DNA of 64,000 bases, taken from the IMG/VR virus record IMGVR_UViG_3300036985_004624. One strand, 5' to 3'. Source of the DNA: a virus. Under the pieces are notes generated by a model. The model worked only from the letters and a program-made list of their open reading frames with translations. It searched no databases and was not told where the DNA came from. Shown here piece by piece: positions 55,260 to 63,562 of the stretch (position 1 is its first letter; each line of letters opens with the position of its first letter). A program made the position numbers and the translations under genes.

Positions 55260-57392
55260 TTACCCTTTATCGACCAAGTTAATATAATGTGCTACGTGAC
55301 CTGCATCAGCACTGGAAATATAGTCTAGCAAAGGATACTTATTCTTAATCTTCTTCTTTTCGTCGGCAATTTCCTGACGTATCCGATCCACACGAATTGC
55401 CTTACCGTATGTACCCGATAAAGAAACAATTGCGTCCAAACCAACTTCTTGTTTCTTTATATTACCATATTTATTAACAAATATAGCATAATCGGATGTC
55501 GGTAATACTTTATTGGCAATACTTTTATTGGTATATATTTCGTGACCATACTGAGTAAGGACAGAAGATGCAACCATCGCCGAAACCATAGCATCTGATA
55601 TTTTAGCTGTTTCTTTATGCAAAATATCTTCTATCCACTTCCAGTTCTTTAAGTTTTTAATATCCTTAATGCGACTCTTTTGCACACCGATGACACTAAT
55701 CTCGGTCAAACTATCAATTTTCGCCGTATCGATTAAATCTTTGACATGTTTTATATTAAAAGCAGTACCGTCGAGTTTAGTCGAAGTTGTATTGGTCAGA
55801 CAAACATAATTGTATGTTGTCTTATCATCCAAATCTTCACGATACGGTGCCCAAACATATTTACATTCAGAACCGCCATATCTTTCATATGTAGCCTTCT
55901 TAGTCAAGATCATAATACCTTGATTAGATAATGCTTCGCGTTTAACTGTTTCTTTCTTGTTAAGTGTGCTTGCCATTACCACAATCGGCGGATTATGTAA
56001 TTCTTTAATGAACTTATTGTATTCGACTTGACGTACGGCTAAGTCCGGTGACGAATGCGATACGCAATATACATTAACCGAAGAGCCAGGCAGATTAGAA
56101 TAATGATACTGAGCTCTTGCCACTGCACCAGTTTTCAGATCGTTCAAAACAATGATGACATCTTTATCGACAGGAATCTTCGAAGTTTTTACATATACAC
56201 CATTTATATGATCAGTACCGTCACCAATCTTATGACCGGATCTGCTCGAATTAACATACCGAGCCGAAATACTAAGTCCACGAGTAAGTAAATCAGAAAC
56301 AGGAAATGTAAATATTTTCTTTCCGCAATATTGATCTTTATCATACAAAGGGAATTTTGTATCCTTCGCATATTTCTTTACCGCGCTGCCGTAGAGTTTG
56401 GAGTTAGCCTGTTCATTCAGATAAAATGCACGTTCCCATTCACTTGTAAGTGCATCTGCCTTTAAAGCAAGGTGCTTGGCCAAATTAGCATTCAGTAAGT
56501 CTAATTTACGCTTAATGCTTGCGATAGTGATAGGAACATAACTCAACACTTCACGAGATGCTGCAAAATCTAGTTCTCCAATGTTAAATTCGAGAACCAA
56601 TCCACAAGACAACAATTGAGCTGTATCCGGGAAGTGCTTTTCTGGTTCCGAAATATTCAACGGGTAACAAATATTGCCCATCAATGCAATAGACGTGGAA
56701 TTGTAATTGTATCCCGATTCCATTGTATGAACGCCAGGAACAATATCTGTCTCAATATACTTAGGTGTTGTATGTTCAAATCGAGTGCCAATAACTTTAG
56801 GTTTATTCTTAAACCACTTGAATACATTGGATGATTCATACTTAAAGCTGTCATAGTCTTGCCTATTAACAACACTGAATTTTACTTCAACACCGTTGCC
56901 TGCTTCAGTAGGCTCAGTATTCATCTCTGCAATACTAGGCACACCCATATCGTTAATAAATGCGCTATAGATACGCTTAATGCCATCCTTAATAGCTGTA
57001 ACTGTAAAATTCTCAGTATAACTAAATGGCGATTTAGATCCAAGACCCAATGCACCAATATAGTCATTGGAATCCGTCTTAGTAGACTCGAAATAAGTTG
57101 TATAGATATTAGTTACTTGATCGCCATCCAAGCCAAGACCAAAATCTTGTACGGAAAACCAGGGTTCTAACATAGAAGGTAGATGCACCTCGAACGGCAC
57201 TTCTGTTTTTCCTGCTGCAACATGACTATCCACCGCATTGCACGATAGCTCACGAATGATAGCTTTAATCTTATTCGAATATAATCCGGAACTAAGAATA
57301 GAAAAAGCTTTTGCTGAATTGCGAATTCTAAATTCGCCTACTGTACCCACATTAGTTAGTGTAACTACATTTACATCGTTGCTAAGTTGCAT
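55260..57392 (-). CDS. rIIA: rIIA protein (GHKL ATPase N-terminus)
   Basis: LYSNK..A.IRELSCNAVDSH, DFG.GL, STK..SND.IG.LGLGSKSPFSYT, SRE.LSY. Confidence 0.93.
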   Translation of the reverse strand: MQLSNDVNVVTLTNVGTVGEFRIRNSAKAFSILSSGLYSNKIKAIIRELSCNAVDSHVAAGKTEVPFEVHLPSMLEPWFSVQDFGLGLDGDQVTNIYTTYFESTKTDSNDYIGALGLGSKSPFSYTENFTVTAIKDGIKRIYSAFINDMGVPSIAEMNTEPTEAGNGVEVKFSVVNRQDYDSFKYESSNVFKWFKNKPKVIGTRFEHTTPKYIETDIVPGVHTMESGYNYNSTSIALMGNICYPLNISEPEKHFPDTAQLLSCGLVLEFNIGELDFAASREVLSYVPITIASIKRKLDLLNANLAKHLALKADALTSEWERAFYLNEQANSKLYGSAVKKYAKDTKFPLYDKDQYCGKKIFTFPVSDLLTRGLSISARYVNSSRSGHKIGDGTDHINGVYVKTSKIPVDKDVIIVLNDLKTGAVARAQYHYSNLPGSSVNVYCVSHSSPDLAVRQVEYNKFIKELHNPPIVVMASTLNKKETVKREALSNQGIMILTKKATYERYGGSECKYVWAPYREDLDDKTTYNYVCLTNTTSTKLDGTAFNIKHVKDLIDTAKIDSLTEISVIGVQKSRIKDIKNLKNWKWIEDILHKETAKISDAMVSAMVASSVLTQYGHEIYTNKSIANKVLPTSDYAIFVNKYGNIKKQEVGLDAIVSLSGTYGKAIRVDRIRQEIADEKKKIKNKYPLLDYISSADAGHVAHYINLVDKG

Positions 57393-57427
57393 TGTGTTGT
57401 TCTTTCTATAAATTAAACAATGTAGCT

Positions 57428-57456
57428 ATTATGCACTAAATAGCGATTTGAGTCAA
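57428..57456 (-). promoter_or_regulatory. Sigma70-like promoter of rIIA
   Basis: TTGACT-17-CATAAT. Confidence 0.65.
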
Positions 57457-57557
57457 GTCCGGTAAGTAGATTGATAAATAGTGTACACTGTGGAAATAGT
57501 TCCACATTGAATGATGGAGATCCCCTATTAAGGGAGTACCCATTCAAGGAGATTATC

Positions 57558-58922
57558 ATGGGAAGACCCATACAGAAAAAATGGTTCGGACCGGCCACAG
57601 GCACAGGTTCACAAATTGTAGTTAGCGGCGTTAAATTTGCCGACGGAACTACAGCAACAAGCGATTTTATTATCAAACAAACAGGCTCTAATGCTTATGT
57701 TGTGCAAGATTCCGCATTATCACATGATGCAGAAATTGTATTCATGGTTAATGCAACAGACGTAGGAGATTTAAACCCCGGCGAATGTTTCATTCTTGCT
57801 ACACCATTTGGTGGTTCTGCTCTACCATGTGCAAAAATTGCACAATACAGAGTAGATCTATTTGAGGCAGATGGCTCGGTTGCAAGTTATAGTTGGTCAA
57901 CAATACCTGCTGCTGCGCCGGGCGAAGCTGATTTAATTACTGGATCGGGCGGTGTTGGTGCATTGTTAACACTTGCTGTCGACGTTGCCGGGTCTGGATA
58001 TTTTACTGCACCTGCTGTAACACTTACAGGCGGTGGTACAGGTGGTGCTGCTCACGTAACTGTCGCAGGTGCAACTGGAGTAGTAGCAACTGCGGTTATC
58101 GATTCAGCTGGATGGGGATATTCAGGTGTGTCGGTTGCTGCTCCTCCTGCATCAGTTACTGCTGTTTTAACTCCGACGTTGACAAACGGTGTGTTGAGTT
58201 TAGTTGTTGCTAATGCTGCTGCAAATGGATACTATAATGCTGTTCCAGCAGTAACAGTTGCCGCGCCACCGGCCGCTACAACTGCCACTGCCACTGCCAC
58301 TATTTCTGCTGGCCAAGTAAACGGCTATATAACACTTGTAGGCGGCGGTTATTATCCGGCTATACCTTTAATTGCTGTCGGTGCTCCACCGGCACCCGTT
58401 ACTGCTACCGCAACACCCCCATTAAATGATGGTGCTGATGGTGTAACACTAGGCGCATTGGTAATAACTGCTGCTGGCGGGTATTATTCCGTAGAACCAG
58501 TAGTCACATTAGGTGGCGGTAATGGTGATGCTGTTGCTGTCGCAACTGTAGCCAACGGTGTAGTTACTGGTGTAACTGTTACTGGCGCTGGAACAGGCTT
58601 CGTCGGGCTTGTCACTGTTTCTATTGCTGTACCCGACGTGGCACCCGTTCAGGCGGTTCTTAGCGCAGTATTAACAAACGGTGCTGTGACAAGTATCTCC
58701 AGAGATACACTGGGTGCAGGATACCTTGCTGCACCTGGTCTGGTTTTTGATGCTCCTCCAGCGGCTGTTGCTGGTGCTGCAACTGCTACACTGACTGCTC
58801 ATAGAGTCACATCAGTGGCCGGTGTTACTGGGTCTGGATATTTCACAGCGCCGGTAGTGTCGGTTGCGGCAGCAAATGTTGCGCCAGTTCAGGCCACATT
58901 GACTGCTACATTCTCTGTCTAA
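57558..58922 (+). CDS. Ala/Gly/Val/Thr-rich virion structural protein
   Basis: MGRPIQKKWFG start, IIKQ.G...Y, repeated G.GY..AP.V...APPA..A.ATA units; late motif GATAAATA at 57473, AAGGAG SD. Confidence 0.75.
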   Translation: MGRPIQKKWFGPATGTGSQIVVSGVKFADGTTATSDFIIKQTGSNAYVVQDSALSHDAEIVFMVNATDVGDLNPGECFILATPFGGSALPCAKIAQYRVDLFEADGSVASYSWSTIPAAAPGEADLITGSGGVGALLTLAVDVAGSGYFTAPAVTLTGGGTGGAAHVTVAGATGVVATAVIDSAGWGYSGVSVAAPPASVTAVLTPTLTNGVLSLVVANAAANGYYNAVPAVTVAAPPAATTATATATISAGQVNGYITLVGGGYYPAIPLIAVGAPPAPVTATATPPLNDGADGVTLGALVITAAGGYYSVEPVVTLGGGNGDAVAVATVANGVVTGVTVTGAGTGFVGLVTVSIAVPDVAPVQAVLSAVLTNGAVTSISRDTLGAGYLAAPGLVFDAPPAAVAGAATATLTAHRVTSVAGVTGSGYFTAPVVSVAAANVAPVQATLTATFSV

Positions 58923-58937
58923 GAAATTTAGCTCAAC

Positions 58938-58964
58938 AAAAAGCCCACTTTATGTGGGCTTTTT
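58938..58964. terminator. Bidirectional intrinsic terminator
   Basis: AAAAAGCCCAC-TTTAT-GTGGGCTTTTT between convergent units. Confidence 0.85.
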
Positions 58965-58966
58965 AT

Positions 58967-59003
58967 TGGTACCGCTAGTAGGAATCGAACCCGGATCTAA
59001 TCT
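58967..59003 (-). pseudogene. 3' half of an interrupted tRNA
   Basis: AGATT-AGAT-CCGGG-TTCGATT-CCTAC-TAGCGGT-A-CCA; acceptor strand pairs with ATCGCTA at 59750-59744. Confidence 0.75.
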
Positions 59004-59023
59004 ATAATGATGATAAATACTGT

Positions 59024-59689
59024 ATGATTAAATATATAAACTGCTGCCATTGTGGAATACATACAGAATTACCTAAATCAAACCCATATAAAAAGTTTTG
59101 CTCGATTAAATGTGGAGCATTATTTCAAAATAAAGATAAAATAAATCTGTTAGCGATCGAATACGAAAAATCACCTAATATATGTTTCACATGCGAATGT
59201 AATCTGCCGTACTCAAAAAGACATAATAAATATTGTTCACGATCTTGTTCCGCGAAAACTACGAAAAATAATACCACTCACGGAAAATACATAATAACAG
59301 AGAAAGAATGTATTATATGCAAATCTATAACAACCAATAACAAAGTATGTTCGACATCTTGTAGGGAAATTCTATTATCAAAACCAAGAAAATATTTTAC
59401 AGAGGAAGAAAGATTACATGCTAAACGAGCAATACAACGTGAAGCAAATGCCAGGTATTGCGCTAAAAAGAAATATAATACACCAGTTGACGAAGATTTA
59501 TCCGCTATAAAACTTTTTTACAGAAACTGTCCGCCGGGATATGAAGTGGATCATAAAACACCCATATCTAAAGGCGGTGCCCACTCCTTGGTTAATATGC
59601 AATATCTCACAATTTCTGATAATAGAAAAAAACATGCTAAACTAGATTGGTGCCCCGGGGGCGAATCAAACGCCCGACACCATTCTTAG
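59024..59689 (+). mobile_element. HNH endonuclease with N-terminal Cys-rich zinc-binding repeats
   Basis: CxxC...(F/Y)CSxxC repeats; YEVDHKTPISKGGAHSLVNMQYL...NRKK; own GATAAATA late motif. Confidence 0.88.
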
Positions 59690-59723
59690 GAGGAATGTAC
59701 TCTATTCACTGAGCTACCGGGGC
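59648..59723 (-). tRNA. tRNA-Arg(CCT)
   Basis: GCCCCGG acceptor, CATTC-CTCCTAA-GAATG anticodon arm, GGGCG-TTTGATT-CGCCC, encoded CCA. Confidence 0.92.
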
Positions 59724-59750
59724 CTATTCTATCCATTGAACTATAGCGAT
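59724..59750 (-). pseudogene. 5' half of an interrupted tRNA
   Basis: ATCGCTA-TA-GTTC-AATGGATA-GAAT-A-G (acceptor 5' strand plus D-arm). Confidence 0.75.
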
Positions 59751-59751
59751 T

Positions 59752-59985
59752 TTATGTTTCACTTAACGCCTGTCGAAATCCTGTATATCCGCCCGGAACA
59801 AAAGACCCATCTATAAAAATTTGTGGCACAGTTCGTACTTTTGTACCGATTCTATCTTCTAAAGTTTGAAGATTCGAACCTTCTCTAACATTTATATAGT
59901 TGTATTGTATATCATTTGTTTCACATAATTGAACTGCTTGTGTGCAATAGGTACATGAATCCGCTCCGTAAATCTCTACCTGCAT
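59752..59985 (-). CDS. Glutaredoxin
   Basis: CTYC, RTVPQIFIDG..V.GGY. Confidence 0.92.
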   Translation of the reverse strand: MQVEIYGADSCTYCTQAVQLCETNDIQYNYINVREGSNLQTLEDRIGTKVRTVPQIFIDGSFVPGGYTGFRQALSET

Positions 59986-60029
59986 ATTGTGTCTCCGTTA
60001 AGTTACTTACTTACCTAAAAACTTGTAGG

Positions 60030-60239
60030 TTAATCTATAAATGACATAAATTCTAGCCGACCATCTGGATACTCGAATAGCCCCAATAATGATACATTTT
60101 CTCTACGATTTCGTCCCTGCGGATATTCTGCTATCTTAATGACTAATACATTTTTTCGGTATGTTTCTGTTATCTTAACTACTTCGCCTTTGTATCCTTC
60201 GAACTGAAGTTTACTGCCTTCTTTATAATATGATGCCAT
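60030..60239 (-). CDS. Hypothetical protein
   Basis: 69-aa ORF with AAGG SD. Confidence 0.55.
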   Translation of the reverse strand: MASYYKEGSKLQFEGYKGEVVKITETYRKNVLVIKIAEYPQGRNRRENVSLLGLFEYPDGRLEFMSFID

Positions 60240-60250
60240 TATGCCTTTTA

Positions 60251-61180
60251 TTAAATCCCCGGAATCGTGCCAGTAAACGACGGAGAAGATTTTATACCTT
60301 CTAAATCAGAATATGTTGTACACATTGGCAATTTGCATATAATGGGCTCCTTAGATAAAGTAAATCCTGTAAAAATATTACTTAAATTTGCACCCTGATT
60401 ACAGCAAGTATTCGAAACATTGCCTATTTCATCAATCCGAACATAGGTATTAGGTACATGACATGTCCACCCGGTATATCTGTTCATATTTTTTGATACC
60501 ATCTCTGCTGGATCTGTTCGATATATAATTTCATCATTGTGATTATATATCCGTACCCATTTATCCACTGGATATGCCGATTCCGATATCCACGATATCT
60601 GTTCGGATGTATATCTTTCATTAACAGTTTGCCAATTATCCATAATTGCCTTTGTTGTCACAGAAAATCCGGCAGCGACTAATATATTATATACTGCAAT
60701 GCATTCATCCCATCTGTCGGGCAGCATCATTAAGCAAATTTTTCCTAACTTCTTATGCACGTTATAGATGAGATCAGCAATAGCTATAAATCTATCTAAA
60801 TTAGCATACTCTAAATGATAGGATAGAAATACAGCATTTATCATTGGTGTAATTCTTTCCCAGAATGCAATAGGTCTTGCACCATTACTTAATAAGTTAA
60901 TATTAATATAATCTGGTTTCTCTAAAATAATCTTTTCAATATCTGGATGATACGTCGGTTCGCCGCCACCTAATAACACATCACACGGTGGTAATTTTTT
61001 CAATGTATCCTGTACCACCTGTGTATTATGAAACGGAGAATTCCCCGAATAAAATTTAGGAATACAATAGCTGCACCGATATGTGCATATGTTGCCTAAT
61101 ATCCAGTATACTTTTATATTTCTGCGAGATTTGCCATCTATATAAGCTACTTCCGGATCATAAATATTCAATTCATTCAT
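60251..61180 (-). CDS. Radical SAM protein with twitch/SPASM-like C-terminus
   Basis: CTYRCSYC, GGGEPT, SNG, GW.C, CC, C...C. Confidence 0.88.
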   Translation of the reverse strand: MNELNIYDPEVAYIDGKSRRNIKVYWILGNICTYRCSYCIPKFYSGNSPFHNTQVVQDTLKKLPPCDVLLGGGEPTYHPDIEKIILEKPDYININLLSNGARPIAFWERITPMINAVFLSYHLEYANLDRFIAIADLIYNVHKKLGKICLMMLPDRWDECIAVYNILVAAGFSVTTKAIMDNWQTVNERYTSEQISWISESAYPVDKWVRIYNHNDEIIYRTDPAEMVSKNMNRYTGWTCHVPNTYVRIDEIGNVSNTCCNQGANLSNIFTGFTLSKEPIICKLPMCTTYSDLEGIKSSPSFTGTIPGI

Positions 61181-61446
61181 ACAATACTTATCTGACTTGC
61201 TGCTATCATTTTTGCTGCAATTTCCTCTGCTCTGGCCTGTATATCCGATTTAGTCATACACGCTTTCTTCCTGATTAATGCATCTCTTACCCATTGCGGG
61301 AAATGAGATCCTTCTAAGTTGGCAAGTTGCTCGGCCGTATAATTATCTAAATTATCTAGTACAAGTTGAACGTCTGGCTTCTTTTTCATTTTATTAAAAA
61401 ACGAATCTTTGTATCCGCGTGGGCCTAAAGCATAATTACCTTCCAT
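61177..61446 (-). CDS. Hypothetical protein
   Basis: Start MEGNY directly after the upstream stop (ORF track extends to 61572). Confidence 0.55.
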   Translation of the reverse strand: MEGNYALGPRGYKDSFFNKMKKKPDVQLVLDNLDNYTAEQLANLEGSHFPQWVRDALIRKKACMTKSDIQARAEEIAAKMIAASQISIV

Positions 61447-61447
61447 A

Positions 61448-61921
61448 TTAATATACCATCTTAGATTTATCGAACTTAAAATAGTATACTCGGCCGTTAC
61501 CATATGAGCTAGGTATATATTGATGCATACCGCCGCACTCGACAGCTTTATACATATACATCCTGCCTTCATAAAGAAATATGAGTGCTAGGTAATCTAA
61601 CCTCTTAATCTCTGCTGCCTTCTTGTATTGCTCGAATTTATCATCTACCGTAAAGCATTTATTACCATTTATTGTATATATAGAATTTTTAGATTTTACA
61701 TCTACCGCAAATGTTCCTTTGGTAGGATTTTTATTATATACTGCGAAATCTGGGAGAACTACTTTACCTTCTGTCCCGTATAAGCAAGGTCCTGCAAATT
61801 CTCCGTGTTTCTGTTGCCGGAGATCTTCTACGTAGCTATTATGTGCCACCAAATATGGATAGACCAGATTCTCTGCATCTATCCCCATCTCTAATTTTTC
61901 TTTAAAGTGCTCTGATTGCAT
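61448..61921 (-). CDS. PD-(D/E)XK nuclease-like protein
   Basis: G..AE, LPDF, VDVKSK. Confidence 0.6.
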   Translation of the reverse strand: MQSEHFKEKLEMGIDAENLVYPYLVAHNSYVEDLRQQKHGEFAGPCLYGTEGKVVLPDFAVYNKNPTKGTFAVDVKSKNSIYTINGNKCFTVDDKFEQYKKAAEIKRLDYLALIFLYEGRMYMYKAVECGGMHQYIPSSYGNGRVYYFKFDKSKMVY

Positions 61922-62380
61922 CTCTTACACGCATTAAAGTAATACCTAATAAGTTTTGGCCACGCCAAGTGTTTTGATCTAGTGCGCGTGGATCCTCTTC
62001 GGTGAGTCCAATACCCCAAATTCTGTCAACGGGGCTTGCCTCAACAATGATTGTATCGCCTGTATTTAATAGTGCTTCTTTCAATAAAGGGTTCTGATTA
62101 AATTTTTCAAATAAACCTTCTACCATTATATCGACTCGCTTTGCTGACCAGATTGCTTCATCATAATTAGCTACCATTCTGCCTAAATCTTTCTGTTCTT
62201 TAGGATTTCCGGTTAAGAGGATGGCATGAGCGGTATTGATATCGCCAAACATAATAGCTTTTTGGTACATCATGTATTGTTCGCCGCGGGAAAAAGAAAT
62301 ACCGTTATGAGTAAAAATACTAGGGTACCAATTTGAGAAGGGCATCTATTCTGCCAAAAAAATGTAAAGTTATGTGTCAT
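61902..62380 (-). CDS. NADAR (YbiA-like) ADP-ribosyl/N-glycosidase with a frameshift near the N-terminus
   Basis: FSNWY, EQYMMYQKA..F.D, K.LGR, KF.QN, VEASP.DRIWGIG, G.NLLG..LM.VR. The N-terminal MTHNFTFFWQNR from ATG 62380 is in a different frame. Confidence 0.88.
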
Positions 62381-62397
62381 TGTTTTCTTTCGTTATT

Positions 62398-62474
62398 TGG
62401 TACCACCGGCGAGATTCAAACTCACATCGTACGCTTTAGAAGAGCGTTGCCTTATTCGGTTAGACCACGGTGGT
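62398..62474 (-). tRNA. tRNA-Arg(TCT)
   Basis: ACCACCG/CGGTGGT acceptor, ACGCT-CTTCTAA-AGCGT, GTGAG-TTTGAAT-CTCGC, CCA. Confidence 0.92.
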
Positions 62475-62482
62475 GTAAAATT

Positions 62483-62713
62483 CTATCTAATTCTCGTAGC
62501 TTTGTAATTGCCTTTGATAAACTGATGCCAGAACCTACCTTTAGATCCGGATTTAGTCCATTTTTCAAACATAGTTCTTGTAATTCCCGGAATAGAGAAT
62601 GACTTACCATTAGACAATCTCATTGTCAGTACCTTATTCGGTCTATTATGAGTAAGGTTTGATATCCACGTAGATTCTACCTTCTTTTCTAATAATAGTT
62701 CGAATAATTTCAT
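62483..62713 (-). CDS. KTSC-domain protein with MKLFELLLE N-terminus
   Basis: VESTWISNL...LTMRLSNGKSF...SKGRFWHQFIKGNY; late motif upstream. Confidence 0.75.
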   Translation of the reverse strand: MKLFELLLEKKVESTWISNLTHNRPNKVLTMRLSNGKSFSIPGITRTMFEKWTKSGSKGRFWHQFIKGNYKATRIR

Positions 62714-62731
62714 TATACCATATTTATCATT

Positions 62732-62820
62732 TGGCGGAAGATGGAGGTATCGAACCCCAGGCCGTTGCCGACCCCAACTGTTTTCGAGGCAGTGTTATAC
62801 ACCTGTATAAATCATCTTCC
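62732..62820 (-). tRNA. tRNA-Ser(CGA), 8/4 fold with Sec-like D-arm
   Basis: GGAAGATG/CATCTTCC 8-bp acceptor, TTATAC-AGGT-GTATAA D-arm, CTCGAAA loop, long variable arm, GGGG/CCTC T-stem, G73-CCA. Confidence 0.85.
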
Positions 62821-62936
62821 ATTTCAGTATAGCGTTTTAAACATGCTTCCATTACACCAATTCCCCTTTCGGAGAACTGCGGATTCGAACCGCAACCGCT
62901 CTTTTATGAAAAGATTTTTATTTGCTGAAACTATAC
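62821..62936 (-). ncRNA. Circularly permuted tRNA-like RNA (YrlA/Y-RNA-like or tRNA mimic)
   Basis: Order 5'->3': anticodon arm TCTT-TTCATAA-AAGA, T-arm TGCGG-TTCGAAT-CCGCA, acceptor GTTCTCC-GAAA-GGGGAAT, TG, D-arm GTGT-AATGGAA-GCAT; ends pair via GTATAG/CTATAC and TTTCAG/CTGAAA. Confidence 0.8.
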
Positions 62937-62943
62937 TTTAAAA

Positions 62944-63249
62944 CTATTCATATATCGTAACTACTTCGGTAATACCGTTCGCCTTAAAATATGCATCACG
63001 TATTACATAATTTGGCTGCGTGACTTTCGCAGCAAGCCATGCATCACCATTAATTTGTGTATCGAACACTACGACATGTCGATAAACATTATCTATCAAT
63101 AGATTCTGTCCGAATGATAAAATAAATCCTTCGACAGAATGATTCCAATTATCTATGGCAACCGAAGTTGCATATGCCGATTGTCCGCTTTTAGCGAACC
63201 AATCGATATTGGCAGGTTTTGTTGCCTCTATCTTAATTACATATGCCAT
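62944..63249 (-). CDS. Hypothetical protein
   Basis: 101-aa ORF between tRNA genes. Confidence 0.6.
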   Translation of the reverse strand: MAYVIKIEATKPANIDWFAKSGQSAYATSVAIDNWNHSVEGFILSFGQNLLIDNVYRHVVVFDTQINGDAWLAAKVTQPNYVIRDAYFKANGITEVVTIYE

Positions 63250-63259
63250 TTAAAATATC

Positions 63260-63333
63260 TGGTATCGACGTCAGGAATCGGACCTGAGTTGAGCCCTTAT
63301 AAGGAGCCTATTCTACCATTGAATTACGCCGAT
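63260..63333 (-). tRNA. tRNA-Ile(TAT)
   Basis: ATCGGCG/CGTCGAT, GGCTC-CTTATAA-GGGCT, TCAGG-TCCGATT-CCTGA, A73-CCA. Confidence 0.85.
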
Positions 63334-63340
63334 AAATTCT

Positions 63341-63451
63341 TTACTTCTTTGTGCTAAATGTAGCCCACCATTCTTTAATCTGATTCCATACCTTCATCCA
63401 GAATGGAGCAAATGCTGCACCAACTGCAATACCTATAATAAAATTAAACAT
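63341..63451 (-). CDS. 36-aa membrane peptide
   Basis: MFNFIIGIAVGAAFAPFWMKVWNQIKEWWATFSTKK; GGAGG SD, GATAAATA late motif. Confidence 0.65.
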   Translation of the reverse strand: MFNFIIGIAVGAAFAPFWMKVWNQIKEWWATFSTKK

Positions 63452-63487
63452 ATAACCTCCGGATCAAAATACTATTTATCTCTAATT

Positions 63488-63561
63488 TGGAGCGGGGTGC
63501 GAGAATCGAACTCGCACTATCAGCTTGGAAGGCTGAAATCCTACCATTAAATGAACCCCGC
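63488..63561 (-). tRNA. tRNA-Gly(TCC)
   Basis: GCGGGGT/ACCCCGC, TCAGC-CTTCCAA-GCTGA, GCGAG-TTCGATT-CTCGC, U73-CCA. Confidence 0.93.
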
Positions 63562-63562
63562 A

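Noticed and set aside
59004-59723. Group I intron in a tRNA anticodon loop
   Set aside because: The insert is fully occupied by an antisense HNH ORF and a complete tRNA; no room for, or sign of, a ribozyme core
62732-62820. Selenocysteine tRNA (selC)
   Set aside because: Anticodon is CGA, not TCA, and the acceptor/T branch is 12 bp, not 13
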